Positions 14,251 to 26,380 of a DNA stretch of 64,000 nt are shown piece by piece (within the stretch, counting starts at the first letter, position 1; each line of letters opens with the position of its first letter). Location: the NCBI GenBank assembly GCA_030704615.1, contig CM060734.1:4774001-4838000 (forward strand), given 5' to 3'. Origin of the DNA: Takakia lepidozioides (taxonomy: Eukaryota > Plantae > Bryophyta). Position numbers and translations under genes: made by a program. Under the pieces are notes generated by a model. It searched no databases, had not been told where the DNA came from, and saw only the letters and a program-made list of their open reading frames with translations.

Positions 14251-14375
14251 GGAGGTCAAGGCTGAGTATGTCCAGGCCTTGCAAGAGGCTCTCCCTCATT
14301 TTGTCCAATCGCTCCCCCCCCCCCAAAACCGGAAGCTAATCTCAATGGAAGGACAGACAAAACATCAGGTTTCAT

Positions 14376-17300
14376 ACCCTCTGAAATTGAGCGCGTCAAC
14401 GCACTCAGTTGTGAAGGGTTTTGATTTGCCCAATGGAAGTAAGTGTGTCCAGACATGCAACAAACATGAACTACCCTCCAAAACCAGAAGCATGACTCAA
14501 GGGGGACGAACCACAGCTGCGTTTGTGGCCCTCTGAAACTGTGTGCGTCAACGCACTCAATTTTGGAGGGCCACAAGTGGTTTTTTGTTTTTTGTTTTTG
14601 TTTTTGTTTTTTTGTTTTTTTTTCACTTGGGTTCTCCCTCCTTTCCTGCCTAGAACTGAGTGCGTCAATGCACCCAATTTCTTCACTCATAAAATAGCTC
14701 CGTAAACGCATATTGAAGTTTGAAAGACGTCTCTCACTGCTCAGACTTCCCGGACCTTCCGGTTCGAGGTTTTTCACATTGTGCAACAAAATTTTGAGGA
14801 AACCACTTGGCAGCACATGCGTACTCTTACATTTTTGACCCATAACCAATGTTAGGCATCAGTGTCGTGCCCTTCATCTAGCATTGAAGCCAATAGTGCA
14901 TACCTATTGCATCCATAAGGCTTGCACCTAAAACTTTAGCTCATGCAAAAATGACAGAGTGATGTGAAATGAAGACATAAATACAGACATAAGTCATATT
15001 TGCAAATGCATACAAGCCTTGAAATTGAGGAACGAGCGTTCAACGACATTACCAGGCATGAATGCCGGAATTGTATTACATAAATGTGTGGGAACACAGT
15101 AGGTGTGGCACTTGCCACATGCCCAGAACCAAAACCGGACTACATTGACACATGCTCTCAATCACTACAACTATCCCCTGAAACTGTGGCACTATCATCC
15201 ACGAAAACCCAAGCTCCTAGGTGCCTATTCTGCTTCCGAGCACACGGGGGAGATTTGTTCAACATCCGTTGTCGAGCAATGGCCTCAGCGTACTCTGGTA
15301 GGATGTACGAACGTGGAGGGCTGCACCAAAATCGGACTGAAAAACACAGACGTTCAAAGGAACAGCTTCCAATATCTTGACAACCAACGTGAGAGCAATG
15401 CATCAGCAAACATAGAAGAAAAGGGAATGGTGGGGGGTTGTGTTCTGGAACAAAGATTCATACAGAATTTCAACTTACTCACATGCGAAATCGTCGTCCA
15501 GGTCTTTGTCGCCCCCTTCGCTGATATCCACATGCACTGTACCCTCCTATTCCTGGACGGCAGGGGCTGGCCCTTGCAAGCCTGCAATGATGTCATTGAA
15601 AATATCCGCATCCCCTTCCATACCAAACAAATGCATGCCCCCAGCCTTGCAAGCATGGTACGAAGCGCCTGCAAGTCGATGTACTGTTAGCAAGATGTAA
15701 CAAACTCTGCAACAAGAAGAGAACACCAGAGATTGATCGGGGTCTAACCTGTCCCAAGAGTGAGGTCCACGACGCGCGACCCCGGATGAGAGCATGTCTA
15801 TATAAGTGTCTGAATAAAAGCTGGGCTCTTCTTCTTCGCCCCTCTCCATGGTGTGGAATTGGATTTTCTCAAACACACATTAGAATCCACGTAGTTGTAG
15901 TGAATGTCATCCACCACACGATCAAACCTGTCGTTGATAAAAAAAAACCTCCCCCATGAAGCCTGAATTCCTTCACTGACGCTGGAGTGGAAGCTGGCGA
16001 ATCCTGACGAGGCACACGTCTTAAAAAAGGCGGGTCTGCTCAAAAAGACATCACGAATCAGATAAGATATGATTCAAAATCCAACTCAGATGAGGGAGAT
16101 TTCACCCATCCGAAAATTGAGTGCGTCAACGCACTCAATTCCGGTGGGGCCGAATTGCAAACAAATTGAAGCAGGAAAGAGAAGAAGGATTACCATTTGG
16201 GCAGTCACCCTTTGTCAGGTACAGGCTGTTCACACCATTCCACGTTTTGATGATCTTCATCCCCGAGGCCTTCAAATAGCTTGAAATCTCCCGATGGCAT
16301 TTCGTAGTGATGGACTGAATCATCAACAGACCCCCTCCATCCGACAGAAAGAACTTGCAAAAAGAGAAGACCCACCGCCAGTACCTTTCGTCAAATGCAT
16401 TCCAGGTTGGGCAAGTGCCAATGGGGAGAATGTCTGGTACCGCCTGCCCGTCCGGAATGTCAACAATTACCATGTCTGCAGCACACGGCTTCTGAGCACC
16501 ATTCACCCAATCCCGCCCCGACGAAACCTGCAAACAGAGACGACAAAAATTCAAAACCACATCTAAGATGGGAAATTCGCAACAGTAAAGGTGGGAACTT
16601 TTGCAACAGCGAAGATGGGAAATTTGCTTACCGACTCCAGAAAAGCACTCATCTTAACCCATGTTGGAGAGGGATCTCCAGTGTAGCCACCTTTCCTCAT
16701 CTCCATCATGGCAAGGAAGGAGTCGTTGACAAGCTCGCATCTACATTCTCGGTTGATTCGGGATGGGTGCTCCACTGCGTCGTATGGCTCAAACTTCCCG
16801 TTGCGTTTGCGATTCTTGGTTGCGATTGGGGTCTGGGAACCAACATCTACTGCAGCATCCCCTTGGGCGCTCTTCTCCTTCCCTTTGTATTTTGTGCCCT
16901 TTCCCTTCCCCTTCCCTCTCGCCGGAGTGTTAGTGGCTGCAGGTTCCTTCTCAGCAAGGTTTTGCAGGTTTCTATCATGCAGTTCCCTGTCTGTTAAAGG
17001 AGCCAAGGACTCCGCATTGTCATTCTGGTTTCGTGTCTACAACTCATACCATGGGCAATCTGATTTGGGTATGTCGAGATACCAGCAGCAGTCCTTGAGG
17101 TGATATCTACCGTAATCCATGAGGATTGCTGCAGTGTACATGGTATGGCTATTGGAGGAGTCAGCCCACAAGTCGATGAAGCCTAGGTACTTGCTGAGGT
17201 TGTTCCCATGAATCAGAACGTTCTTGATATACCTACAGAACAATGCAGGCACAGTATCAGAAAGTGGAGGAGAAACTACATGATGTGTGGCCCCTAAAAT

Positions 17301-17560
17301 CTGTGTGCGTCAACACACACATTTTTTGGGGTCCAATAAAAGTTGACAAACAAGCACACAACGGGAAAACAACTTAATAAACGTCAGAAGACAATTGAAG
17401 GTAGAGGTCAGAAAACAAGAACTCATAACATGAAAAACAAACCAGATAGGCAGCGGGTCTCCAAGAAACGAGCCTGCATTGAATGAGACATAGGAAAAAC
17501 AGTCCAGAGATCTAGCCCTCCAAAAATGAGTGCGCTGACGCACGCAATTTTGGAGGGCCA
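14376..17560. repeat. Six dispersed copies of a ~46-bp palindrome, core GAGTGCGTCAACGCACTC (at ~14376, 14527, 14650, 16105, 17288, 17514)
   Basis: For example 14527 GGCCCTCTGAAACTGTGTGCGTCAACGCACTCAATTTTGGAGGGCC and 17514 AGCCCTCCAAAAATGAGTGCGCTGACGCACGCAATTTTGGAGGGCC. Confidence 0.85.
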
Positions 17561-18330
17561 TAAAGGAAGAAGATGAACCTGCTTAGTTCAAACGACCCAC
17601 TTGTACAGGACCCTTTTCATGGCTCCCTCGGCTCCGAACTGCTGCTCGAACTCTTTTGTGCGGGATATGCCCCCCCCCTGGCAAACTCTCTGAAGAAACA
17701 GTTACTCCACGCTATCGCCTTCCACTGTCTCAAGTAATCTTCCAGAGTATCTTCGGGCAAGATCATAGCTGCTTCTCCAGCACCTGGTTTGCACGAGCTT
17801 CAATCTGTCAAAAGACGCAATCCAAAATGTTAGAGTCCATACCAGGGAAGATCCTTATGTCAATTCAAGAAAAGACAGTCCACAAGATTATCTGGCTCCA
17901 GTACGTGGCTTGTGCAGCCATGTATCGAAAACTTGATCGCTGAAGGGCCTGATGTGGCCAGTGTTTTCGTCTCTTTCCCCCTTTGGGAAGCAATATGTGT
18001 CCTTCATTGTTGGGTCAGAATTCCAAATCTCCAACCATTTAACTTTCTGCTCGGAATCCACCACTGCAGTTGACAAGCGATGCAGCTTTTCCTGTGCCAT
18101 CTCTGGCTTGGTGTTGTTGTTCCAGTGGTTCCTCACCTCGTTCAAGAATTGAGGCCCAGCAGTACAAAGATGCCAAAAGCATGGCGGAGACGAATACTTT
18201 GTTCCAGTCAATTCGTGCCTGGTGGTTCTCATCTGGGGCTGTATCAGAAGACAGTATGAGAGCGCTGGAAGACTGGCTAACATTTTGGCACTTCCGGTAC
18301 AGACAATGGGGAGCATGCATGGACAACGGT
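15475..18330 (-). pseudogene. Multi-exon gene ending in a beta-class DNA amino-methyltransferase fold (N6_N4_Mtase-like); MTase exons ~16527-16135, ~16036-15749, 15668-15475
   Basis: Motif IV-like ADMVIVDIPDG, then FCKFFLSDGGGLLMI, then motif X-I-II PWRGAKKKSPAFIQTLI*TCSHPGSRVVDLTLGT|GASYHACKAGGMHLFGMEGDADIF, joined across an 80-nt GT-AG intron (15748-15669). Another intron spans 16631-16528. Premature stops are present. Confidence 0.72.
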
Positions 18331-18436
18331 ACCTGAATTTCAAATCATGAATTCTCATTGGCTTTGTATGCATTTCCAATCATGTATGTTGTCGTGGGGT
18401 GCACCTGTTTGTTCTCATGTGTGTTTTCCCTTTCTG

Positions 18437-18610
18437 CAGCACTTGTCAATTGAGGATGGCGGACATGCCCTCTTGCAATCTAGCGGAGACAGTGCACAAT
18501 GCGTGGTTGCAGCAGTCTGGAAAGCGGGGTGGGATTTGTATCTGGCAACGGCAAATGATCTCATCCGAGTTCTGCAGCAACAAACGAGATATCGCGATTT
18601 CTTGAAATAC
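18437..18610 (+). pseudogene. Short DDE-transposase-like fragment
   Basis: MADMPSCNLAETVHNAWLQQSGKRG..DLYLATANDLIR contains an N-x-x-E-x-x-H pattern like the catalytic-Glu segment of MULE-type transposases. The family is not certain. Confidence 0.4.
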
Positions 18611-20518
18611 AGCCTCGGCAATCCAAGCGAAACTCGTTTTGCCACTAACTTCTTGATGGTGGATCGGTTGGTGACGGTGAAGAGCAGTCTGGAGCACACC
18701 ATCATCGATCCTCAAAGGGATGCGTACACACGGACATTGCGGGACTCCAGAAAAACCAAGTCATTGGGCAAAAGTCGAAAAGTTCGAAATAGCATTCGCA
18801 GCAATGATTTCTGGAAGAAATGTAAAAACTTTGTTTATATGGTTGAGCCGGTGTTAATCGTCTTGCGGGAGTTTGATGGAAAGCAACCAGTAATGGGCAA
18901 GGCATGGTTACTAATGCAAAATCTTGAGAAGCACGTCCAATCCTTGAGGCATCCTCCCTTCTCCTTGGAACATGAACTTGCGGACAGTGCTGATGATGCA
19001 TTTTACGACCGTCGTTCGATGGTTCGAACGGACTTGCATTATGCGGGGGCTTTGCTCAATCCATTCTTGCTCAACAATACCATGCTCCGAGACGACGCTC
19101 ATGCCAAGGCCGGCCTCGTGCGAGTGCTCATGCGACTGGCTCCGCCGAACCATGCAGAGAGAGCTATATCCAAGTATCAATGCTTCTCAGATCGCCGAGA
19201 CCCTTTTGAGGACATGTCGGATCCAAAAGAGCTCAATATGCTGCCACATGAATGATGAGATCTGATTGGAGCTGGAGCAAGAACATTGGCTCTCATTGCG
19301 AAGCGTATTCTTGCTCAAGTTTGCTCTGCCTCATCTTGCGAACGCAATTAGAGCAGTTACTCATTTGTTCACAACAAGATTCGCAACAGGTTGAATCCCA
19401 CGAGGGCTGACAAATTGGTGTATGTGTATACCAATTGCCGACTGCTGCGTGAGAGGGCAGCGGGTGATGCTACAGCATGGTATAAGAGGAATTTGCATTC
19501 CGAAGACTCTGCTTCTGAGGCTGATTCGATGAGTGACGATACTAAGCCTCAGAGAGAACCATCTCAGAGGGAATCATCTGCCTCCGATAGTGAAGATAGA
19601 TCCGATGATGCTCCCGAAAATGTGTATGACCCGTTTACATTCACAGAGGAAGATGCTTATATCCAGCCGACCTTTGATGACCTTCTTGAAGAAGTGTGTA
19701 TCGCGGATGAAGATGAAGCTGCAATTGTGTCATCCCCAGAACATGGTCCTCAAAATGAAGTTGGGGTCGATCATCGCCCCCCACTACACGCTGAAGCCAC
19801 CGGTAGTGCTTCAATGGAGCTTAGGGGTGATGTACTGCCAGGACCGATCGACGTATGCAACCCTGTTCATACAAACGATGGTGTCGAACCCATTGTACAG
19901 TCGACGGGACGGAATCATGCCTCACCGATACGACCAGCTCCACTACAATGCCAAAACCGATCCAGTTCCCCATCAACACAGCGGGCATTAAGGAGCAACA
20001 GGGTTGATCTGTTTTCCACACGCATGCATCATTCTGCTGCATTGGTCCGGGCGGAAGTTGAAGCCTCGGATGATGACAACCTGTCACTACAATTCCACCT
20101 TAACCGACGTGTTGCGCAGCAGACCCGTGGTTTCTCACATGCCGGACCATCTAATGCCGATCCATCTCGGGCAGTCCCCCCTTCGGTACCTCCTTCGAGA
20201 CCACCTTCGATTGCGTCCCAAGTCCATAAACGACAGAGAACAGTCCAACCTTTTGTAGGCGATCGGCCCACAAACAACCCAGATACCGTGGATGGTATTC
20301 AAGACCGGAGCGGGAGTCGACCTCAGAGAGAACTAAATGTGGTTCGATGTCGCTTGCAGATTCAAAGGCCTGGACATATGAGGTCGGATAGGGAGGACAA
20401 TTCCAACACTGATCATGGCAACGGTGGTGAAGTCGAGGGTGACCCGGATTTTCAACCCATCGGAGCATTAGGATTAGGATCTTATTCGTCCCACCGTCGA
20501 AGCAGTAGAAGGAATTGA
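18610..20518 (+). mobile_element. hAT transposase C-terminal half (dimerisation domain) with a long low-complexity tail; pseudogenised
   Basis: PSETRFATNFLM, FWKKC..VEPVLIVLREFDGKQPVMG, LHYAGALLNPF, **DLIG..LALIAKRILAQVCSASSCERN*SSYSFVHNKIRNRLNPTRADKLVYVYTN. Trp codons are mutated to stops. Confidence 0.9.
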
Positions 20519-20779
20519 AGCAAAACAGCTGTAGGCATGCATCAGCACTTTTTAGTGGACATGTTTATATTTTTGTACTGAAGTAATACCAATGTGATCA
20601 TTATCACTATGAGTATTTGTATTGTTGTTGTGTATGTGTTGGAAAATAAAAGATGTTGCCCATGTGTATACCAGCCAAAATGTCGACCAAAGGCACCGTC
20701 ACTTGCTCATGTTTGTGTTCGGTGATTTGCTTGTGGAATGGAGAACAATTGTGCCATGCTGCATTCATTTTTATTTAAA

Positions 20780-22360
20780 TGGAGCGACCGCCAAGGTGGC
20801 GGTCGCTTCTACGAGGTCTGCCCTCCGCATGGAGCGAGGAATGAGAGAGGGGGGGGGCGCATATAAGCTCACAGCCATTATTTTGGAAATGAAGCGACCG
20901 CCGTTACTGGCGGTCGTTTTTTTGTTTTTTTGGATAAAAATGGAGCGACCGCCATTAGGGGCGGTCGCCGTTATTGTTGTTTTTTGTAATTGCAGCGACC
21001 GCCATTACTGACGGTCGTTTTTTTTCTTTTTTTTGGCGAAATGGAGCGACCGCCATTTGTGGCGGTCGTTTTTTTTTTTAATTTAAATGAAGCGATCGCC
21101 ATGGTGACAGTCGCTTCAACGAGGTCTACCCTGCGTGTAGAGTGAGGAATGAGGCCGGGGGGGGGCATATAAGCCCCCAGTCATTTTCCCCTCACTTCCA
21201 TTACTGGTAGTTTTTGTTTTTACAAAATGCAGCGACCGCCATTTCTGGCGGTCGCTGTAATGGTTATTTTTTAAGATGCAGCGACCGCCATTACTGGCAG
21301 TCGCTTTTATTTTTTTATTTTTGAAAATGGGGCGACCGCCATTACTGGCGATCGCTTTTATTTTAATTATTTTGGAAATGAAGCGACCGCCTATGTTGGC
21401 GGTCGCTTATTTATTTTAAAGTTTTTGAAAATGAAGCGACCGCCTATGTTGGCGGTCGCTTATTTATTTTAAATGTTTTTAAAATGAAGCGACCGCCTAT
21501 GCTGGCGGTCGCTTATTTATTTTAAAGTTTTTGAAAATGAAACGACCGCCTATGGTTGCGGTCGCTTATTTATTTTAAATGTTTTGAAAATGAACTGACC
21601 GCCAATGCTAGCGGTCGTTTTTTTTTTTAATTTTTTTAAAAATGAAGCGACCGTCTATGTTGGTGGTCGCTTATTTTTTTTAAAGTTTTTGAAAATGAAG
21701 CGACCGCTTATGTTGGCGGTCGCTTATTTATTTTAAATTTTTTGAAAATGAAGCGACCGCCTATGTTGGCGGTCGCTTATTTATTTTAAATGTTTTGAAA
21801 ATGAAGCGACCGCCTACGCTGGCGGTCGCTTATTTTTTTTTAATTTTTTTTTAATGAAGCGACCGCGTAACGGTCGGACTTTTTATTTTAAAGTTCTTGA
21901 AAATGAAGCGACCGCCTATGTTGGCGGTCGCTTATTTATTTTAAATGTTTTGAAAATGAAGCGACCGCCCATGCTGGCGGTCGCTTATTTATTTTAAATT
22001 GTTTTTAAATGAAGCGACCGCCTATTTTGGCGGTCGCTTATTTATTTTAAAGTTTTTGAAAATGAAGCGACCGCCTATGTTGGCGGTCTCTTATTTATTT
22101 TAAATGTTTTGAAAATGAAACGACTGCCCATACTGGCAGTCGCTTATTTATTTTAAATTGTTTTTAAGTGAAGCGACCGCCTATGTTGGCGGTCGCTTAT
22201 TTTTTTTAAAGTTTTTGAAAATGAAGCGACCGCCTATGTTGGCGATTGTTTTTTTTTTTTTTTTTTTTTTCCCCCCGAAAATGGAGCGACCGCCACTTTT
22301 GGCGGTCGATTATTTTTTTATTTTCCGGAAAATTGAGCGACCACCAAGTTGGCGGTCACT
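20780..22360. repeat. Tandem array of about 28 palindromes AAGCGACCGCC-N6-GGCGGTCGCTT with A/T-tract linkers and a 53-bp period
   Basis: Core starts at 21383, 21436, 21489, 21542, 21647, 21700, 21753, 21806, 21859, 21908, 21961, 22014, 22067, 22120, 22173, 22226. Confidence 0.95.
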
Positions 22361-22375
22361 TCTAGAAGATTCGTC

Positions 22376-22450
22376 CTACACGTGGCCTGAGAAATGAGGG
22401 TGGGGGCGGGGGGATATAAGCCAAGGGAGGCTTATTCTCCCCTCACTTCC
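22376..22450 (+). promoter_or_regulatory. Putative TATA promoter module upstream of the RING gene; paralogous copies at ~20808-20870 and ~21118-21200
   Basis: Three copies of AATGAG..G-run..ATATAAGC, two of them followed by CCCCTCACTTCC. The last lies about 320 bp before the ATG at 22736. Confidence 0.45.
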
Positions 22451-22735
22451 TCTCCACACAACTTCTGTTTGCGTGACATTTCATTATTCCACGACACGTA
22501 GTCACGTGGAGAAGGAGGCCATTGGTTGGGTGAGGGGTATTTTTTGCCACAATTTTTGTGAGGTCGTTGCAGAATGCTCCCATAGATCCTCCTCTGGCTT
22601 CCAGGATCATTTTATTCTACAAAATTAGCTTTTATGAACTATTTTCACACCTACTCAAATCTACTTAACGGGGGAAGGATTTAGAGTTACGTCTTTTTAG
22701 AAAACCTCGTTTAGTGTTGCTCCGATTGTTGTAGG

Positions 22736-24744
22736 ATGACAGAGGGCCAGGACGATGACCGTCATGGAAGAGATGACCCCAATGAACATGGACCGCCCCC
22801 TAAGAAAATCAAAGGGTCAAGGCAAGACTTGAATTGGGAAGTATTTGGTGTCCCTAGCATACTAGCAGAAGAGGGCTGGGAGGATGTTCCGGAAGAGTTC
22901 CGGTGGCCGATGGCGAGATGCAAAAAATTCGTGAAATGGTACCACATCAATCGATTGCGGCATTTTGATAGGCATAATGTGCAAACCCGAAACAATTACG
23001 CAGAGTCCAGGTCTTGCACGAACTTACATTTCCAGCTTAGGGCGAATGAGGTGCATTGCACATTGTGGGGTCAACCTATCTTAAAGGGTCAAATCCCGTA
23101 CACCTTGGCAGCCATGTTGTACGTGGAGGTCATACTCTTGCGTCCAGTGAATTGACAAACTGATAGTAGGAGAAACGCAAGGTTGTTATACGATTTGGAG
23201 TACATCTCAGACACGTTCGGAATACAACCGGCTACAACGTTAGAGGAACAACTAGCGGAAAGAGACCAGCGAATCAGGACCCTGCAGGACCGACTAGACT
23301 AGCAAATACTGCGCATAGCCGAGTTTGAAGCTAGATTGCAAGACATGCCTCCAAACAATGAAGGCACTATTGTCTACAATGAAGTTCGAACAAACGTCGT
23401 GGACATGGACGCGGAGTTTGCGATGTCCGATCGCAGTATTGACCTCATCATTCAGGAAGTTACGGACGTCCTTGACCCTGTGGCCGATGAAACCATGGTT
23501 GAGGAACAGCGAATTGCGGATGAGAGAATGAGGAAAGGAAAAGAACCGATACTGGAAACCGGGGAATGCTCGAGGGTCGCCATACAATCGGAGATGAACC
23601 CGATATTAGATGTCGACCGCGTTACAAATGAGCAGGACATTGTCATGGCAACTGCATGGCGCTTGTCCAAAACGTTGGAGATTCAGGCATGGATCCCATT
23701 GAATGGCGACTGGGAGAATTGGGTACAATGGGTGACCCATTTGGCCTTCAGAGAAGCACGGGTAGAGCGGGCACTATCAGGCTTGCAACGTGTCGCACGC
23801 ATGTCGAACCGTAGCGTGGATAGCATTTATGCCAACATGCAAAGGTATAACCGCATCGCATCAAGCGTGTTCCCCGGGTATACCAATTGGGCAGATGTGG
23901 ATTCTATGTTCGATCAATGTGAGCACAAAATTTCGGGGTCGAACAGAAGCATAAACTGGGAATTGGAGATAGACGAAGAGTAAGACACCACAACAAGGAT
24001 GACCAGCCACATCAAACCGGCCTAGAGGGAGTAGATACCATGAGGCGTTTTGCCGTCATGGATATCAGATGACACAGTTTGTTCGATGTATAGGAATCCA
24101 TACGGCCCAGAGGGATGTCATGTGCTTGGATCATGTGGACATATGTTCCATCTCACATGTCTTATCCCGCAAGCCTTGCGGACGAGCGCTTGCCCAAAAT
24201 GCCGTACACCAATCCATCGCCGTTTCTATGAGCTGGTGGGCTTGGAGGATCGGATGCCCATAGGTTTTGAATACAATCGACACAACCTCTCATTGGATGG
24301 GCTACCATACACATTTTTGAATTGTATGCATTGGGGCAAGAATTTGGTATGGGATGCAGACAGAGAGATGCATGGCATACATGCCGGAAACCCAGCATAC
24401 ATCAAAGATCCCCAGTATTTCTGGGTCACATCTGATTGGGAGATAACCACACGTGCGGGAGACATTCGAGATTGGTGGGAGAGAGAGAGCAGTTTTGCCG
24501 CAATCTGGGAGGGCATTGGAGTCAAAGAAAGTCCAGGTTTATCCGACTCCCACAAGTTTCATGGGTGCCGGAGGACAACGAATTGTATGACCGACAACCG
24601 ATTGGGAGACATTTGTTGCTATCCGAACTGGAAGATGATATAATATGTCAACGCCGAATGAATGATGCGTACGAAGCGGCTTATCGTCGAAACGACACAA
24701 TGATTAGAGACAGGGCCCGCAAGAGGCAGTTGGAAAGTTTCTAA
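22736..24744 (+). pseudogene. ~670-codon gene with coiled coil and RING-H2 finger (putative E3 ligase); multiple stops
   Basis: ORFs at 22736, 23336 and 24050 share one frame. RING-like CSM..GPEGCHVLGSCGHMFHLTCL..CPKCR. Frameshift near 24480. Confidence 0.7.
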
Positions 24745-24795
24745 AGTACCATCAAGGCAGTTGTAGAGAAATGGAGGCACTACAATAGATCGCGG

Positions 24796-25612
24796 TAGTT
24801 ATGACTGCCAAACCGTGGTAGTCATGGTTTTCATGACTTTGACCATGACTGCACCATGTTTTTATATGAAATTGACCTCCCGTAGTCGTTCATACGACTG
24901 TAGTCATATGAACGACTATTTAAATAGTCCTTTGTATGACTACATGGCTCCGGAATGGGCGGAAGGCTGGTCAACAGCAATTGACCAGATTTAGCTCACC
25001 ATTCATAATCATTTCCATGACTACAGTGTACATGGATGAGGTTACATAATCATGATGACTACTGGCGATAATGTAATTTGGTGTGTATAATACAATTAAA
25101 ATATTATATAATCATATGAATTATTAATGGGTGTATTGGTTAACAGGTAGTGAACTATAACTCTTATAGTAAAGATATAGTAAAGAGGTTGCAGGTTCAA
25201 ACTCTTCTAAGTACAATCAAATGGATAAGATGGCCCTAGGGTTAGTAGGCAAGCTAGGAATAGCACGTGGTACCCTAGATGGACTGCCACGTGGTTTTTT
25301 CATTATTATAAAATGCATTATGCCACGTGGCACAATGCAGTGCGCCGCGGCGTTTGACATATGTTTTTTTTAATTAATCTTTTAATTTAATTTAATTTTT
25401 TAAATCAATTGCGCCTCGCCACGTGGCGCGGCAGCGGCGGCTGCAGTATGGTATATATGACTGCAGTGAGAGATATCACTTGGTTTATATGACTGTAGTC
25501 ATCCGGACCGTACCATCCTATACTCATTGTATTGACTTGGTTTGCACGACTTACAGTCATAGAAGTCATATGTACCGTTTATGACTGCAGAATAGTCATA
25601 TATACAGTCATA
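24796..25612. repeat. Cluster of ATGACT/AGTCAT half-sites (ATGACTRYAGTCAT palindromes) flanking a G-box cluster
   Basis: For example CGACTGTAGTCAT at ~24896 and ATGACTGTAGTCAT at ~25489. CACGTGG occurs four times at 25263-25430. Confidence 0.55.
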
Positions 25613-26380
25613 AATACCGCGATCTGTTGTAGTGAGGTGATTATGGACAGACCGTTATCATCGTGTTTCGGGGGCTGTATTGCCGGATGTGGACGGCCTC
25701 GTTGCCGATTTGCATGCAGCCCGAACACTTGTTCTCGATCCACCTCCGCCACGTCGTGAGAGTGAAGAAGAAAGTCAACTTTTGCCGCGAAGTAGGCGGA
25801 TGCAGGCCAGAATTGATCACATGTCATTGGGCCCCTCATTGACCACAAGATCACGATCGCAAGCTCTGACAATTGGCAGTGCAAATCAGGCCACAACATC
25901 AAATTCCACATCCTCGGATAGTGACGACTAGGCTTTTAATGACTGGCAGCATAGTACATATACAATATGTATTTTTGTTGTACCTTGAATATTATTGTAA
26001 AACACAGTGATGACATTCCGCCAAGTTTGTATATCACCAATTTTGTTAATACACAATGCACATGTGCGGCATCTGCCAATTTCAATTGCATGAGCAGCGT
26101 TTTCTTCACATTTACACTCGTGTGATGGGGAAGGAGTAGTTCACCCTGTAAACAAATTTACAATGGTATCATATTTGGTCATGACGTGTATATGGGTATT
26201 TGCAATGAACTCCGAAAGCTGCAGAATAAGGAAAATTGATGTTAACAAATAAGTTATAACGAGTTACGAACGGTCCGGGTCCAAACAAATTTCGCCTGGT
26301 CACTGCGTATTTCATAATTATTTCGTAAAATCTATGATCTTTCTACGAACATACCCACAAAGTTCTCAAAGCACAAAATA

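Noticed and set aside
20780-22360. CRISPR array
   Set aside because: Linkers are related low-complexity A/T runs, not unique spacers. There are no cas genes and the context is eukaryotic.
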